From a virus, in the IMG/VR virus record IMGVR_UViG_3300030105_001626, positions 1-64,000 of that record: DNA of 64,000 nt; one strand, 5' to 3'. The notes below the pieces were generated by a model. The model was not told the origin of the DNA. It was given only the letters and a program-made list of their open reading frames with translations, and ran no database searches. Of the stretch, positions 46,179-55,267 are shown piece after piece. Each line of letters begins with the position of its first letter. Within the stretch, counting starts at the first letter, position 1. The position numbers and the translations under genes are program-made.

Positions 46179-47420
46179 TTAAGTAAGTTGTGATGGATGT
46201 AATTCATTATCACTTTTAAGCTCTTCTAATATCTCTTCATCTGTTTTTTCTTCTTCTGTATTTTCAACAGTGAAAGCATCATCGCCAGCATCGACCTTTG
46301 TGTAAAGGTCAAGGAACGAAATCTTGGTTTCATCATCGAATCTATTTAAACATAGTTCTAATGATTTGGTTTTATCACCAAAGATACTTAAAGTCTCAAC
46401 GACTTGAACCAATCTTCTAGTTGAAACAACTTCGTCACAACCACCCTCAGCGAAAGTTTTTCTAATCGCATCAGCCCATGTAACAAGTTTAGTGGCAAAA
46501 TCATCATCTTTTAAACCGCTCTTAGCAAGTTCTCCGATAATAATTTTTTTCTCAACAGAAGCAGGTGGCCATTCTTGTTCGTAAGTATTTCTAAATCTTT
46601 CTAAGAACGCTTCGTTAAGAATGTTTGTAAACATATAACGGCCGTCATCAGAACCTTTACCTTTTGTATTCGCAGTGGCGAAGACCGTGAACCCAGGAGA
46701 GGGAGCAACCAATTCGCCTTTTTTCTTAAGCAAAAATGGTTTACCTTCTAGCACACGTTGAAGACATGAAAGATTCTGAGCGCCGTAATCAATTTCATCA
46801 ATACATAATACTGCACCTTGTCTAGCAGCAGTAGTAACAGGACCATCTCTCCATTCCATCTGACCATTGATTAACACATAGTTACCAAGTAAGTCTGATT
46901 CATCAGTTTCAGGTGTCATTGAAACAATTACACACTTACGCTTTAGTTTAGCACAAGCTTGCTCAATAGACATTGTTTTACCATTACCAGAATGGCCTGA
47001 AACGAACACAGGAAAGAATTTGCCTGATTTAACAATTGAAAGAATATCTGCAAAGTTGCCGAAAGGCACATAGTTGTCATAGACATCTGGAACTAAATTT
47101 GTAATAGCAAGTTCAGTCGTAACATTTGCAATACGACTTCCTGAATCTTCTATCTCAATTTTAGTAGGCACAAAAGGAATAACTTTTGCAGAGGAAACTT
47201 TTAATCTAGCTCCGCCTGGTTGTAATGCAATTGAAATATCTTCTGGCACTTTATACTGGCCTCTAGATAATTTATTTACATCTTTTTTTGTAAACCAACC
47301 GAAACTTTTTAGACCAACTTCTTGGCCTAGTTTGTTTAGTTCTGTTCTTGACACCGAATCTTTCCCGGTATCTTTGAGCTTCTGAAGAAACTCTTTTCGT
47401 ATCACATTTAAATCACTCAT
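46179..47420 (-). CDS. CobS/MoxR-like AAA+ ATPase
   Basis: GHSGNGKT, CIDEID, ATANTKG, NEAFLERF, STRRL motifs. Confidence 0.9.
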   Translation of the reverse strand: MSDLNVIRKEFLQKLKDTGKDSVSRTELNKLGQEVGLKSFGWFTKKDVNKLSRGQYKVPEDISIALQPGGARLKVSSAKVIPFVPTKIEIEDSGSRIANVTTELAITNLVPDVYDNYVPFGNFADILSIVKSGKFFPVFVSGHSGNGKTMSIEQACAKLKRKCVIVSMTPETDESDLLGNYVLINGQMEWRDGPVTTAARQGAVLCIDEIDYGAQNLSCLQRVLEGKPFLLKKKGELVAPSPGFTVFATANTKGKGSDDGRYMFTNILNEAFLERFRNTYEQEWPPASVEKKIIIGELAKSGLKDDDFATKLVTWADAIRKTFAEGGCDEVVSTRRLVQVVETLSIFGDKTKSLELCLNRFDDETKISFLDLYTKVDAGDDAFTVENTEEEKTDEEILEELKSDNELHPSQLT

Positions 47421-47482
47421 AATATACTTTCTCCTAATTTCACTCAGTGGTTTTTCACTGTTATTACTTAATTTCTACAACC

Positions 47483-47522
47483 ATTATAACACAACCGGAC
47501 CAAAAGTCAAGCACTTTCGAGC
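47483..47522 (-). promoter_or_regulatory. sigma70-type early promoter
   Basis: TTGACT-N16-TATAAT; 22-nt block identical to 49971-49992. Confidence 0.75.
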
Positions 47523-47524
47523 AT

Positions 47525-49945
47525 TTAAGCAGCAATTTTATCAATAAATTTACTCACCAGAACTCTGTTAATAACCTTTGATTTATTCACTTTCATAAAT
47601 GCATTTTTTAATTTGTTAGCAGTTACTTTTCCTGATACTTCAACTTCTTTGTCAGCAGCATTTAAGTCTTTGCCTCCAAGAATCATGTAGAAATCATCAT
47701 AGTTTGGTTTTTGAGAAACCAATAATTTTTCTTTTCTAAATATTTTAACAATATTCTTTTGATATTCCCACTTCTCGTATCCTTTATCACTAACAGTTTG
47801 ACCATCTTCATTTACATATTGTCTGTAAATAGCATCTTTAACTTCTCTTGAATTTGGAGCAACAATATAGAAACCAATAATTTTAGAACCGGTTAACTTT
47901 TTAAACCAATCCATAGTATTAAGAAATACTTGATTTGTATTATAATGTCCTTGTTTAATTCTAGATGTAAATCTTATTGAATCATCTTTAATCACTATGT
48001 TAGTTTCTTGAGTGTCCATTCTTTTAGTATGTTCATGTGGAAAATGTTCTTCTTTAGGCATATATTTATTTTTTAAGTTATGGTCATTTGGATATTTTTG
48101 ATATTCATTCAGTCCAAAAGCAGTGTAGTCATGACAATAGTCAGCATCGCCATCATGTATAATAATTAAATTAACAATGTCAAGACCTCTAGAAGCTTTG
48201 AACTCGTTAGTATATTTACCAAGAGCAACTAATGCTTGAAGCAGTGGAGTATTTGTTAATCTTTCACTCTTTGGAGTATAAGGTCTATTCACTGAATCAT
48301 ATCTAAGATTGTGGTCATATGATTTTGCTAACAGTAACATGTTTTGAACTGCTTTAGTATACTCAGCTTTATTCATATTTGAATTAAGATATTCTCTTAA
48401 GACAACATTTTCTAATTTTAATGTACCAACTTTAGTTTCAAAAGATGAAACATCTTCAAGTCCATCTTTATAAGTTTTACTGTCAAATTCTATATCTCTA
48501 TCCATATACCAAGTTGTACTTGTATCTGAAAATGTTTGAACTGTAAATGGAATATTTACTTTTCTACAAAAACTAGAAAGTATTAATACTTGCTCAATAG
48601 CACCTTGAATATTATCCCACATTGAACCAGAATAATCTAATAACAGAATCAGTCCGTGAGATTTACCTTTAGGTATAATCATCATCTTTTTGAAAATGTC
48701 ATCATTGAATTTATAAGAAGCAAGTTTGTTAATATCTAAATCACCAGTACTTGCAGTTCTTCTCTTGCCATAAACTTTGGCAGCTTTTTTCATTTCGAAT
48801 TCTTTAGCAAGTAAAGCTACAAACTTATCATTTTTCTTTTTAAAGTCATTATAGATTTCATCTTTGTAACCTTTCTTAAAATATCCTGCAACTTCTTGGT
48901 TTTGAAAATCGTTAGATAATAATTCTTGAACTTTTTTAGCAGGAGTGATAATATTTTTCATGATAGGTTTAGGAAAGTCAAGGTAAATAAACTCTTTACT
49001 TTCTTCGTCAACTAATGAGTTCTCATTATTTCTATAATTTTCATCAGTTTCACATCTTGGTCCATCATCAACTTCTGATTCTTCGTAACCTGAATCTTTA
49101 AATCTATTTAATCCTGTAATTTCGCCATTTTCATCTGATTCTTCTGAATCATCATCATCATCGCAATTTGTTTTATTTTCATTTTCGTCTTCACCTTCTT
49201 CTGAATCATCATCTGAATTATTTTCAGAATTATTGCCGTCTTTACCGTCATCATCTTGAGAATCATCATTTTCATATTCATCATAACCTGAATCTTCATC
49301 ATCAGGGTCTTCAGAAAAGTATTGCTCTTCTTGTGACATCATCTCGTCCTGATAATCTAATTGCTCTTCAGTTGAATATGCATATATATCATTCGTAACA
49401 TTAACAACATCTGACCATGATTCTGTAGTCTTAACTCTTTCTAATAATTTAGTTTCTTCTTCATTAAAATCAAGAGCCATAGTATATTGTGATTTAGTAT
49501 AAAGATTTAGTCTATCGATAAAAGCTAATTTGTTAGCGTCTCTACCTTGAAGACCAAAGAAATCTTTTTCTCTTAAATCAGCATATGCTGTTTTGAATGA
49601 TTTTTTTAGACCTGGATATTTTCTTTGTACACGCTTCTCGATTCTAGCATCTTCAATTACATTTAAAAAGTTTTTATAATTCTTACCTTTATTATTAATT
49701 GTAACTGCATCATGCCATCCTTCAGCAGGTGTATACAGAGCATGGCCAACTTCATGTCCACAAAGTAAATCATAAGTTGTACCTATCATATCAGTCCAGA
49801 TTGGAAGATATAATATTCTGTTTTTAGGGTCGAACTTTGCAGTAGAAATCTTCTGATGTTCGATTGTTAGATTTTCATTAGCCATCAGTTTTGCTAACTG
49901 AGACTTCTGTTCTTGTAATAAATTGTCTTCTTTTTTCACTATCAT
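47525..49945 (-). CDS. HExxH metallopeptidase-like domain, acidic linker and vWA domain (CobT-like partner of the AAA ATPase)
   Basis: GHEVGHAL, NVIEDARIE, MIDAS LLDYSGSM, TPL, HDGD; start moved downstream of the promoter. Confidence 0.85.
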   Translation of the reverse strand: MIVKKEDNLLQEQKSQLAKLMANENLTIEHQKISTAKFDPKNRILYLPIWTDMIGTTYDLLCGHEVGHALYTPAEGWHDAVTINNKGKNYKNFLNVIEDARIEKRVQRKYPGLKKSFKTAYADLREKDFFGLQGRDANKLAFIDRLNLYTKSQYTMALDFNEEETKLLERVKTTESWSDVVNVTNDIYAYSTEEQLDYQDEMMSQEEQYFSEDPDDEDSGYDEYENDDSQDDDGKDGNNSENNSDDDSEEGEDENENKTNCDDDDDSEESDENGEITGLNRFKDSGYEESEVDDGPRCETDENYRNNENSLVDEESKEFIYLDFPKPIMKNIITPAKKVQELLSNDFQNQEVAGYFKKGYKDEIYNDFKKKNDKFVALLAKEFEMKKAAKVYGKRRTASTGDLDINKLASYKFNDDIFKKMMIIPKGKSHGLILLLDYSGSMWDNIQGAIEQVLILSSFCRKVNIPFTVQTFSDTSTTWYMDRDIEFDSKTYKDGLEDVSSFETKVGTLKLENVVLREYLNSNMNKAEYTKAVQNMLLLAKSYDHNLRYDSVNRPYTPKSERLTNTPLLQALVALGKYTNEFKASRGLDIVNLIIIHDGDADYCHDYTAFGLNEYQKYPNDHNLKNKYMPKEEHFPHEHTKRMDTQETNIVIKDDSIRFTSRIKQGHYNTNQVFLNTMDWFKKLTGSKIIGFYIVAPNSREVKDAIYRQYVNEDGQTVSDKGYEKWEYQKNIVKIFRKEKLLVSQKPNYDDFYMILGGKDLNAADKEVEVSGKVTANKLKNAFMKVNKSKVINRVLVSKFIDKIAA

Positions 49946-49952
49946 GTAATCC

Positions 49953-49992
49953 ATTATACAGATTTCCATGCAAAAGTCAAGCACTTTCGAGC
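49953..49992 (-). promoter_or_regulatory. sigma70-type early promoter
   Basis: TTGACT-N16-TATAAT; ATG 7 nt after the -10 box. Confidence 0.75.
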
Positions 49993-50043
49993 TTTATTTT
50001 AGCAATTTAATGATAAGTTTTACTTATTAAAGAACTCAATAAG

Positions 50044-50112
50044 TGGAGCGGAGATTAGGATTCGCACCTAAAGAATTGACTGGAAGCCATTTCTGTTCTA
50101 CTACTTCTCCGC
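50044..50112 (-). tRNA. atypical D-armless tRNA-Gly(TCC)-like RNA (downstream copy)
   Basis: Acceptor GCGGAGA/TCTCCGC followed by TCCA; T-arm TTAGG-TGCGAAT-CCTAA; loop CTTCCAG on an extended stem; 69 nt. Confidence 0.75.
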
Positions 50113-50118
50113 AAAAAG

Positions 50119-50187
50119 TGGAGCGGTGTGTCAGATTCGCACTGACTGATTAAACGGGAAGAATAATCTGTTCTACTAACCCACCGC
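50119..50187 (-). tRNA. atypical D-armless tRNA-Gly(TCC)-like RNA (upstream copy)
   Basis: Acceptor GCGGTG/CACCGC followed by TCCA; T-arm GTCAG-TGCGAAT-CTGAC; CTTCCCG loop within a GATTA/TAATC stem; 69 nt. Confidence 0.72.
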
Positions 50188-50199
50188 AATTAAGTAACC

Positions 50200-50227
50200 A
50201 TTATACATGATTGACATCACAAGTCAA
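50200..50227 (-). promoter_or_regulatory. sigma70-type promoter for the tRNA-like pair
   Basis: TTGACT-N16-TATAAT, ending 12 nt before the first RNA. Confidence 0.75.
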
Positions 50228-50242
50228 GCATTATATCCATTA

Positions 50243-51523
50243 TTACCGACCAACTTGGTCTAGATAATAATCTTTAGTTTCTTCCCACGATAACACCGTT
50301 AAGTTATCATAGAATAATGTTTCTGTAGAAACTCGGTCTGATTCTTTTAAATTTCTAATTCTCTTTGTTGCATATCTTTCTTTCCATAAAGTTACCAGAG
50401 CTTCAGTCGAAGTATCAAATGATTTTACTAATTTGTCTTCAGTAATATCACCTCTTAAGAACTCGGCTGAATTATTGTATAAAGGAGAAAAGTATATACC
50501 TCTGGCATGAGCTGATTGTGTTAATGCTTTATCCATTTTCATTTGTGAATATGCAAATGATAGTGACCTATTCTTATGGTCTCTTTTGTGTGGTTGCCCA
50601 CTTGGTTTCTTTGCAACATACCATTCAAAGTATTTTCTGGTATGATTTTTCTTTATCCAATCATTAATTTTATTTCTAGTCACTCTTCTTGGTTCAAACT
50701 TAACTGAACCTGCAGTGAATCCCATTTTCTTCCAGTGTTTAAGTCTATCGTATTGTGATAGTCCATGAAGTTTCGCTTTACCATATAAGGATGTAGTTGT
50801 AACGCCTATTAGCGTGTCACCATACAATTCTTTCCATAGTTTCTGTATCTTATCATCTAAACATAATAATGCTAATAACTTACCACCTGTGTAGTTGTAA
50901 CCTAAAGGTTGTAAAGGAACAATCGTAGAACCAATCGCTGTATGATTAATCATTGAACCTTGTGTTTTAAGTTCTCTACTCCATCCAATAAAATTATCTC
51001 TAGGCGTTAAGTCTAGAAAGTCTGAAGAAATACAAATAACACCAAGATATTTTTTAGTTGGTTTATCTCTGACAATGAAGTTAAGATTACGACCAATATT
51101 AGAATTGTTTTTCATTGTAGATGAGAATGTTCTAATTACATTCCATAGTTCTGGCAAGTCTTCTTGTTTGTTTGCATATATGAGTTCAGGTTCTATATTC
51201 ATAAACTCATCTAAGTCTTGTGGATTCCAAACATTATTTTTAACTTCTTCAATAGCTATTCTTTGTTTATCGTTGGCTAGAACTTTCTTCTCGCCTTCCC
51301 ATAAATCATTAACCATAGTGAATGGATATTTTTCTTGTACTTCACACCACTTTTGATACAATGTATATTCTTTTACGTCCATCTTTGAAACAAATTCAAG
51401 GTCTGTAATCGTCTCTTGTTTAATTTGTTCAAAGTCAGGGTCATCCATATCTTCTACAGGATTAGCCTCTGACCATTTTTCCCACTGAACTTCTACATCA
51501 TCTTTTGTATAATCAATTGCCAT
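50243..51523 (-). CDS. DUF4338/DruA-like protein (paralog 2)
   Basis: GRNLNFIVRD...YLGVICISS, PRD.FIGW, IVPLQPLGYNYTGGKLLA, TTTSLYG, SQYDRL motifs. Confidence 0.8.
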   Translation of the reverse strand: MAIDYTKDDVEVQWEKWSEANPVEDMDDPDFEQIKQETITDLEFVSKMDVKEYTLYQKWCEVQEKYPFTMVNDLWEGEKKVLANDKQRIAIEEVKNNVWNPQDLDEFMNIEPELIYANKQEDLPELWNVIRTFSSTMKNNSNIGRNLNFIVRDKPTKKYLGVICISSDFLDLTPRDNFIGWSRELKTQGSMINHTAIGSTIVPLQPLGYNYTGGKLLALLCLDDKIQKLWKELYGDTLIGVTTTSLYGKAKLHGLSQYDRLKHWKKMGFTAGSVKFEPRRVTRNKINDWIKKNHTRKYFEWYVAKKPSGQPHKRDHKNRSLSFAYSQMKMDKALTQSAHARGIYFSPLYNNSAEFLRGDITEDKLVKSFDTSTEALVTLWKERYATKRIRNLKESDRVSTETLFYDNLTVLSWEETKDYYLDQVGR

Positions 51524-52195
51524 TTACATTTCGTTCCATTTAAATTTGTTTTTCTGTTTTCTTGTTTCAGTCTTCATTAGTTTATTCTGCTTCTTCTTTG
51601 CTAAGGATAACACAAGATTGGACACCTGTGAGGTAAACTTTATTCCGTTCATATGGTCTAATTCGTGTTGAAAACATCGTGCTAACATTCCATCTAAATG
51701 TTTATTTACAGTCTCGCCATTTTCATCTTGATATTCAACGTCAATCTCTTCGTATCTCTTTATAGAAAGAATTAAACCAGGATAAGATAAACAACCTTCA
51801 TCTAGCTTAATATCATTTTGGCCAAATGCAATCAATTTAGGATTAACACAAACCATCTCTTCACCTAGATGTGTCATTATAAACATTCTTGTTGACACAT
51901 TACATTGATTAGCTGATAATCCAATACCACCAAACTTTCTCATGGTCATTTTCATTCTCGCTATGAGTGTTCTCATGTTAGCATTAGGTAAAGCTTCATC
52001 ATAAACAGGCATTGTTTCACTTAACAATGGAAGTTGGTCGTCATATAAATCTAATGGTTCTTCTCTGAGTTTTTTTATCTCTTCAGTTGGGTTTTCTTTT
52101 GTTTCTGGTCCAAGGCCTTCTGCTGTGCTATAGTTAAATGTCATGCCTGGTTCAGTAACTACTGTTGTATCATCAAATTGTTTAATATCACTCAT
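51524..52195 (-). CDS. def: peptide deformylase
   Basis: GIGLSANQ, EGCLS, QHELDH motifs. Confidence 0.95.
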   Translation of the reverse strand: MSDIKQFDDTTVVTEPGMTFNYSTAEGLGPETKENPTEEIKKLREEPLDLYDDQLPLLSETMPVYDEALPNANMRTLIARMKMTMRKFGGIGLSANQCNVSTRMFIMTHLGEEMVCVNPKLIAFGQNDIKLDEGCLSYPGLILSIKRYEEIDVEYQDENGETVNKHLDGMLARCFQHELDHMNGIKFTSQVSNLVLSLAKKKQNKLMKTETRKQKNKFKWNEM

Positions 52196-53906
52196 GTTTT
52201 TCTATCCTTGAAAAGTTCTTAACTTTACTAAATTTAATTATATTTTGAAATTTATCTTGTAGTATATCGCCTTTATGTGATATCACAAAAATATTCACAT
52301 CATCTAGTTCATGTAGAATCTTAAGTAACTCATCAACGCCTGTAGCGTCTAGTGATGAATCGAATGTTTCATCTAGTATGAGTAGATTGGTGTTAGTAGA
52401 ATTCTTTAGTCTAGCAACGGCACGCCAAGTTAGCATAAGTGCCATGTCAATTCTTTGTTTTTCGCCTTGTGAGAAGTTATTATATGTAAAGTCATCTCTG
52501 AATCTAGATTTAATTGATTCTTTAAATGATTCGTCAAGGGTAAAGTTTACAAAGAAATCTAATTTAGCCAAATAACTATTTACTAATTTGTTTATTACAG
52601 GTAAGTATTGTTTTATAATCTTTGTTTTAATACCAGTGTCTTTAAGTAAAGCACTAGCTACTTCAAAGTATTCTTTATCATCAAGTAATTTTTTAAACTC
52701 AGTTTCTTTGTCTTCAATCTCTTTTTTGAGTTCACTTAACTTCAACTCTTCTATGTCTGAAACTGTTTTTGTGTTTTGTAATTCTTCAATACTTGTTTTG
52801 ATTCGAGTGATGTATCTATTAATTTCAGTTATTGATGTTGTATTTGTTGCCGTCTTAATCTGTAATGCTTGTATCTCTAATTGTTTTACTGAGATAGTAT
52901 TAAGCTTAGTCTGTTCTTCGGTTACTTTAGTATCAAGTTCAACTAGACCTGTGTCACAACCAGTAATCTTATCGGTAAGTGTTACAATTTGTTCTGACTT
53001 AAAATCAGATTCAATTCCTTGCCTACATGTTGGACAGTCATCATTGTGTTCAAAGAAATTAACATCTTTTTTATATTTCGATAGATTAGTTTCTATTTGA
53101 GATTCTAGATGATGGTACTGTTTTACTCGTTGTTCGATTTCGAGTTTGTTTGTAACAACCTTTTGAATTTCAGCGACTTGTAATCCAATGCTCTCAATTT
53201 CTTCAGTGAGATTGTTAATATTAGTTTCGTTGGTAGAAATATCTGTTTCGTATTCATCTATTTTGTCTTCATTGTTTTGTTTTAAATCGCCTATTCGTTT
53301 TTCTTCAAATTCATATTTCTGTTGTGTCAATTGAATCGTGTGTCTTTTGTCGTTGAGTAAATCTTTGTTATTACCCAATCGTTCTCTTGTAAGTTTATTC
53401 ATTACCGAGAATATTTGTATATCTAATAAGTCTTCAATTATAGCACGTCTATCATTATTTGATAGTTGCATAAACGGAGTAAATGCGGCTGAACCTAGTA
53501 CCACTATTTGTGTGAAAGATTTATAGTTCATTTTTAATATGAACTTCTCAAGTTGTTCTTGATAATCTCTTATAGCTGCATCTTGGTTTAATAACTCACC
53601 ATCGATATATATTTCAAATTTATTAGGTTTGATAGTACGAACAACTCTATATGATTTATTGTTTGTATCAAACTCTACTTCTACTTCACAGTTTTTACCA
53701 TTAATCGAGTTAGTTAGATTGCCTTTTGGAATACTACGAAATGGTTTACCAAATAATCCAAAACACAAAGCATCAAGCAACGTAGACTTGCCTGAACCAT
53801 TGACACCAACAATTAATGTATTGATGTTCTTATCTAAATTAATTTCTGAAAAATGATTACCTGTACTTAATAGGTTTTTCCATTTTACTTTTCTAAATAT
53901 AATCAA
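52188..53906 (-). CDS. 46: recombination endonuclease subunit gp46 (SbcC/Rad50-like)
   Basis: GVNGSGKST, CPTC zinc hook, FSQGEK, LILDE motifs. Confidence 0.97.
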   Translation of the reverse strand: MIIFRKVKWKNLLSTGNHFSEINLDKNINTLIVGVNGSGKSTLLDALCFGLFGKPFRSIPKGNLTNSINGKNCEVEVEFDTNNKSYRVVRTIKPNKFEIYIDGELLNQDAAIRDYQEQLEKFILKMNYKSFTQIVVLGSAAFTPFMQLSNNDRRAIIEDLLDIQIFSVMNKLTRERLGNNKDLLNDKRHTIQLTQQKYEFEEKRIGDLKQNNEDKIDEYETDISTNETNINNLTEEIESIGLQVAEIQKVVTNKLEIEQRVKQYHHLESQIETNLSKYKKDVNFFEHNDDCPTCRQGIESDFKSEQIVTLTDKITGCDTGLVELDTKVTEEQTKLNTISVKQLEIQALQIKTATNTTSITEINRYITRIKTSIEELQNTKTVSDIEELKLSELKKEIEDKETEFKKLLDDKEYFEVASALLKDTGIKTKIIKQYLPVINKLVNSYLAKLDFFVNFTLDESFKESIKSRFRDDFTYNNFSQGEKQRIDMALMLTWRAVARLKNSTNTNLLILDETFDSSLDATGVDELLKILHELDDVNIFVISHKGDILQDKFQNIIKFSKVKNFSRIEKHE

Positions 53907-54973
53907 TCAGTTTCTTCCGTATGTAATGCTTCAACATATAATTCTCTCATTAGTGTTTTGAGTTTTTCATTCTCAACATTGAGAGATAGTCCATCAATAT
54001 ACTTGGACAATATGGTCATTGTATCTTCAGCTTGATTAATTATATCATCGTCATTTAATATAAGGTCATCATTGAAGTCCTCAACAATTGCTATGTCAGC
54101 TGCACCAGCTTTATATAAGTTATCGGTTAAATAATCAAACAAAAATGGATTCTGTTTGTGTAGTACAACTACTTTTACATAACTATCTTGGTATTGTTTA
54201 AAATCAAAACTTTTAAAGTCTTCAATACTTTTGTCTCTATCATCATAACTTATCTTATGAAATATTTCAAATGGGTTCTGTATGAACTCTAATTCTCTTG
54301 TGTTCGTATCAAAGATATGAAAACCTCTTGGGTCTTTATAATCTGCCCATGTCATTTGACCTGGAGTTCCAACGTAAAATATTTGGCCATCATCTGACTT
54401 GTGATGGAAGTGTCCAGATAAAACCATATCATACTTGGATAAAAGTGATTTATCAATACCTGTTTGTGAAACTGTGCCTTTGTCCATCTCAAACCCTCGT
54501 ATCTCAAAATGTCCAATACAAAGTTGTGACCGACTATTCTTTATTGATTCTTTTATACCTTCTTCGTTGTCATCACATAACCAAGGAACAATGTCTATTG
54601 GAATGCCATCAAATTCTTTTGTGACAAACTCATCAAAGATTGTAATGTTGTCATATTCGTTTAGTAGTAATTGTGATGAATTAATTTCTAATGTATTACG
54701 ATAGGTAATGTCATGATTACCTAGAATAGAATAGAACGTAATGTTATTTTCTTTTAGTTTATTAAAGAAGTATCTACGACATAGATACAGGGAGTTGTAA
54801 TTGATAAACTTGCGGCGGTCAAATAAGTCGCCCATTTGGAATACCGTATCGATGTTATTTTCTTTCAGATACGGAAAGAATACTGTTTCATAAAACTTCT
54901 CATAGTGTTTATGGAAGATAACAGAATCGCCACGCATACCGAAGTGGGTATCGCCTAATATACACATTCTCAT
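53903..54973 (-). CDS. 47: recombination endonuclease subunit gp47 (SbcD/Mre11-like)
   Basis: GDTHFG, GDLFD, GNHD, SGHFH motifs. Confidence 0.97.
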   Translation of the reverse strand: MRMCILGDTHFGMRGDSVIFHKHYEKFYETVFFPYLKENNIDTVFQMGDLFDRRKFINYNSLYLCRRYFFNKLKENNITFYSILGNHDITYRNTLEINSSQLLLNEYDNITIFDEFVTKEFDGIPIDIVPWLCDDNEEGIKESIKNSRSQLCIGHFEIRGFEMDKGTVSQTGIDKSLLSKYDMVLSGHFHHKSDDGQIFYVGTPGQMTWADYKDPRGFHIFDTNTRELEFIQNPFEIFHKISYDDRDKSIEDFKSFDFKQYQDSYVKVVVLHKQNPFLFDYLTDNLYKAGAADIAIVEDFNDDLILNDDDIINQAEDTMTILSKYIDGLSLNVENEKLKTLMRELYVEALHTEETD

Positions 54974-54976
54974 AAT

Positions 54977-55144
54977 CTAGTCTTCTTTTAGTTTTACTAT
55001 TTCATCTTTCATTTGTAATTTTTCTTGTTTCATTTTTACCATAAGTTCATCAGAAAGATATCTTGAATGTGCTTCTTTTATTTTAGAATCAAGGTCTCTA
55101 TGTTTGGCTTCGAGATGTTTAATTTTATCTTCTATCAATTCCAT
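54977..55144 (-). CDS. DUF465/YdcH-like small coiled-coil protein (55 aa)
   Basis: Manual translation MELIEDKIKHLEAKHRDLDSKI...KQEKLQMKDEI; not in ORF track. Confidence 0.7.
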   Translation of the reverse strand: MELIEDKIKHLEAKHRDLDSKIKEAHSRYLSDELMVKMKQEKLQMKDEIVKLKED

Positions 55145-55231
55145 TCTCCATAAACAAGTTTAATACTGTCACAATTTTCTTTCATGTCATAGTTGCACTC
55201 TTTCAAGAAACCTCCATAACCACATGATGAT

Positions 55232-55263
55232 ATTATACAAGAAACTAGTATCAATAGAGGCAA
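55232..55263 (-). promoter_or_regulatory. putative activator-dependent (middle-type) promoter upstream of gp47/46
   Basis: TTGCCT-N20-TATAAT. Confidence 0.55.
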
Positions 55264-55267
55264 TTGT

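Noticed and set aside
46179-47420. Cobalamin biosynthesis auxiliary gene (cobS)
   Set aside because: A generic MoxR-like AAA with a vWA partner is common in T4-like phages; no cobN or other cobalamin genes are present
49100-49310. TCA/TCG-rich repeat-like tract and alternative ORFs 49108..49302 and 49168..49398
   Set aside because: Explained by the Asp/Glu-rich linker codons of the peptidase/vWA gene; the poly-Asp tract in gp22 near 61670-61700 has the same cause
50044-50187. Ordinary tRNA-Gly genes or decayed pseudo-tRNAs
   Set aside because: The missing D-arm and TTC loop argue against ordinary tRNAs; identical length, shared loops and compensatory stem changes argue against decay
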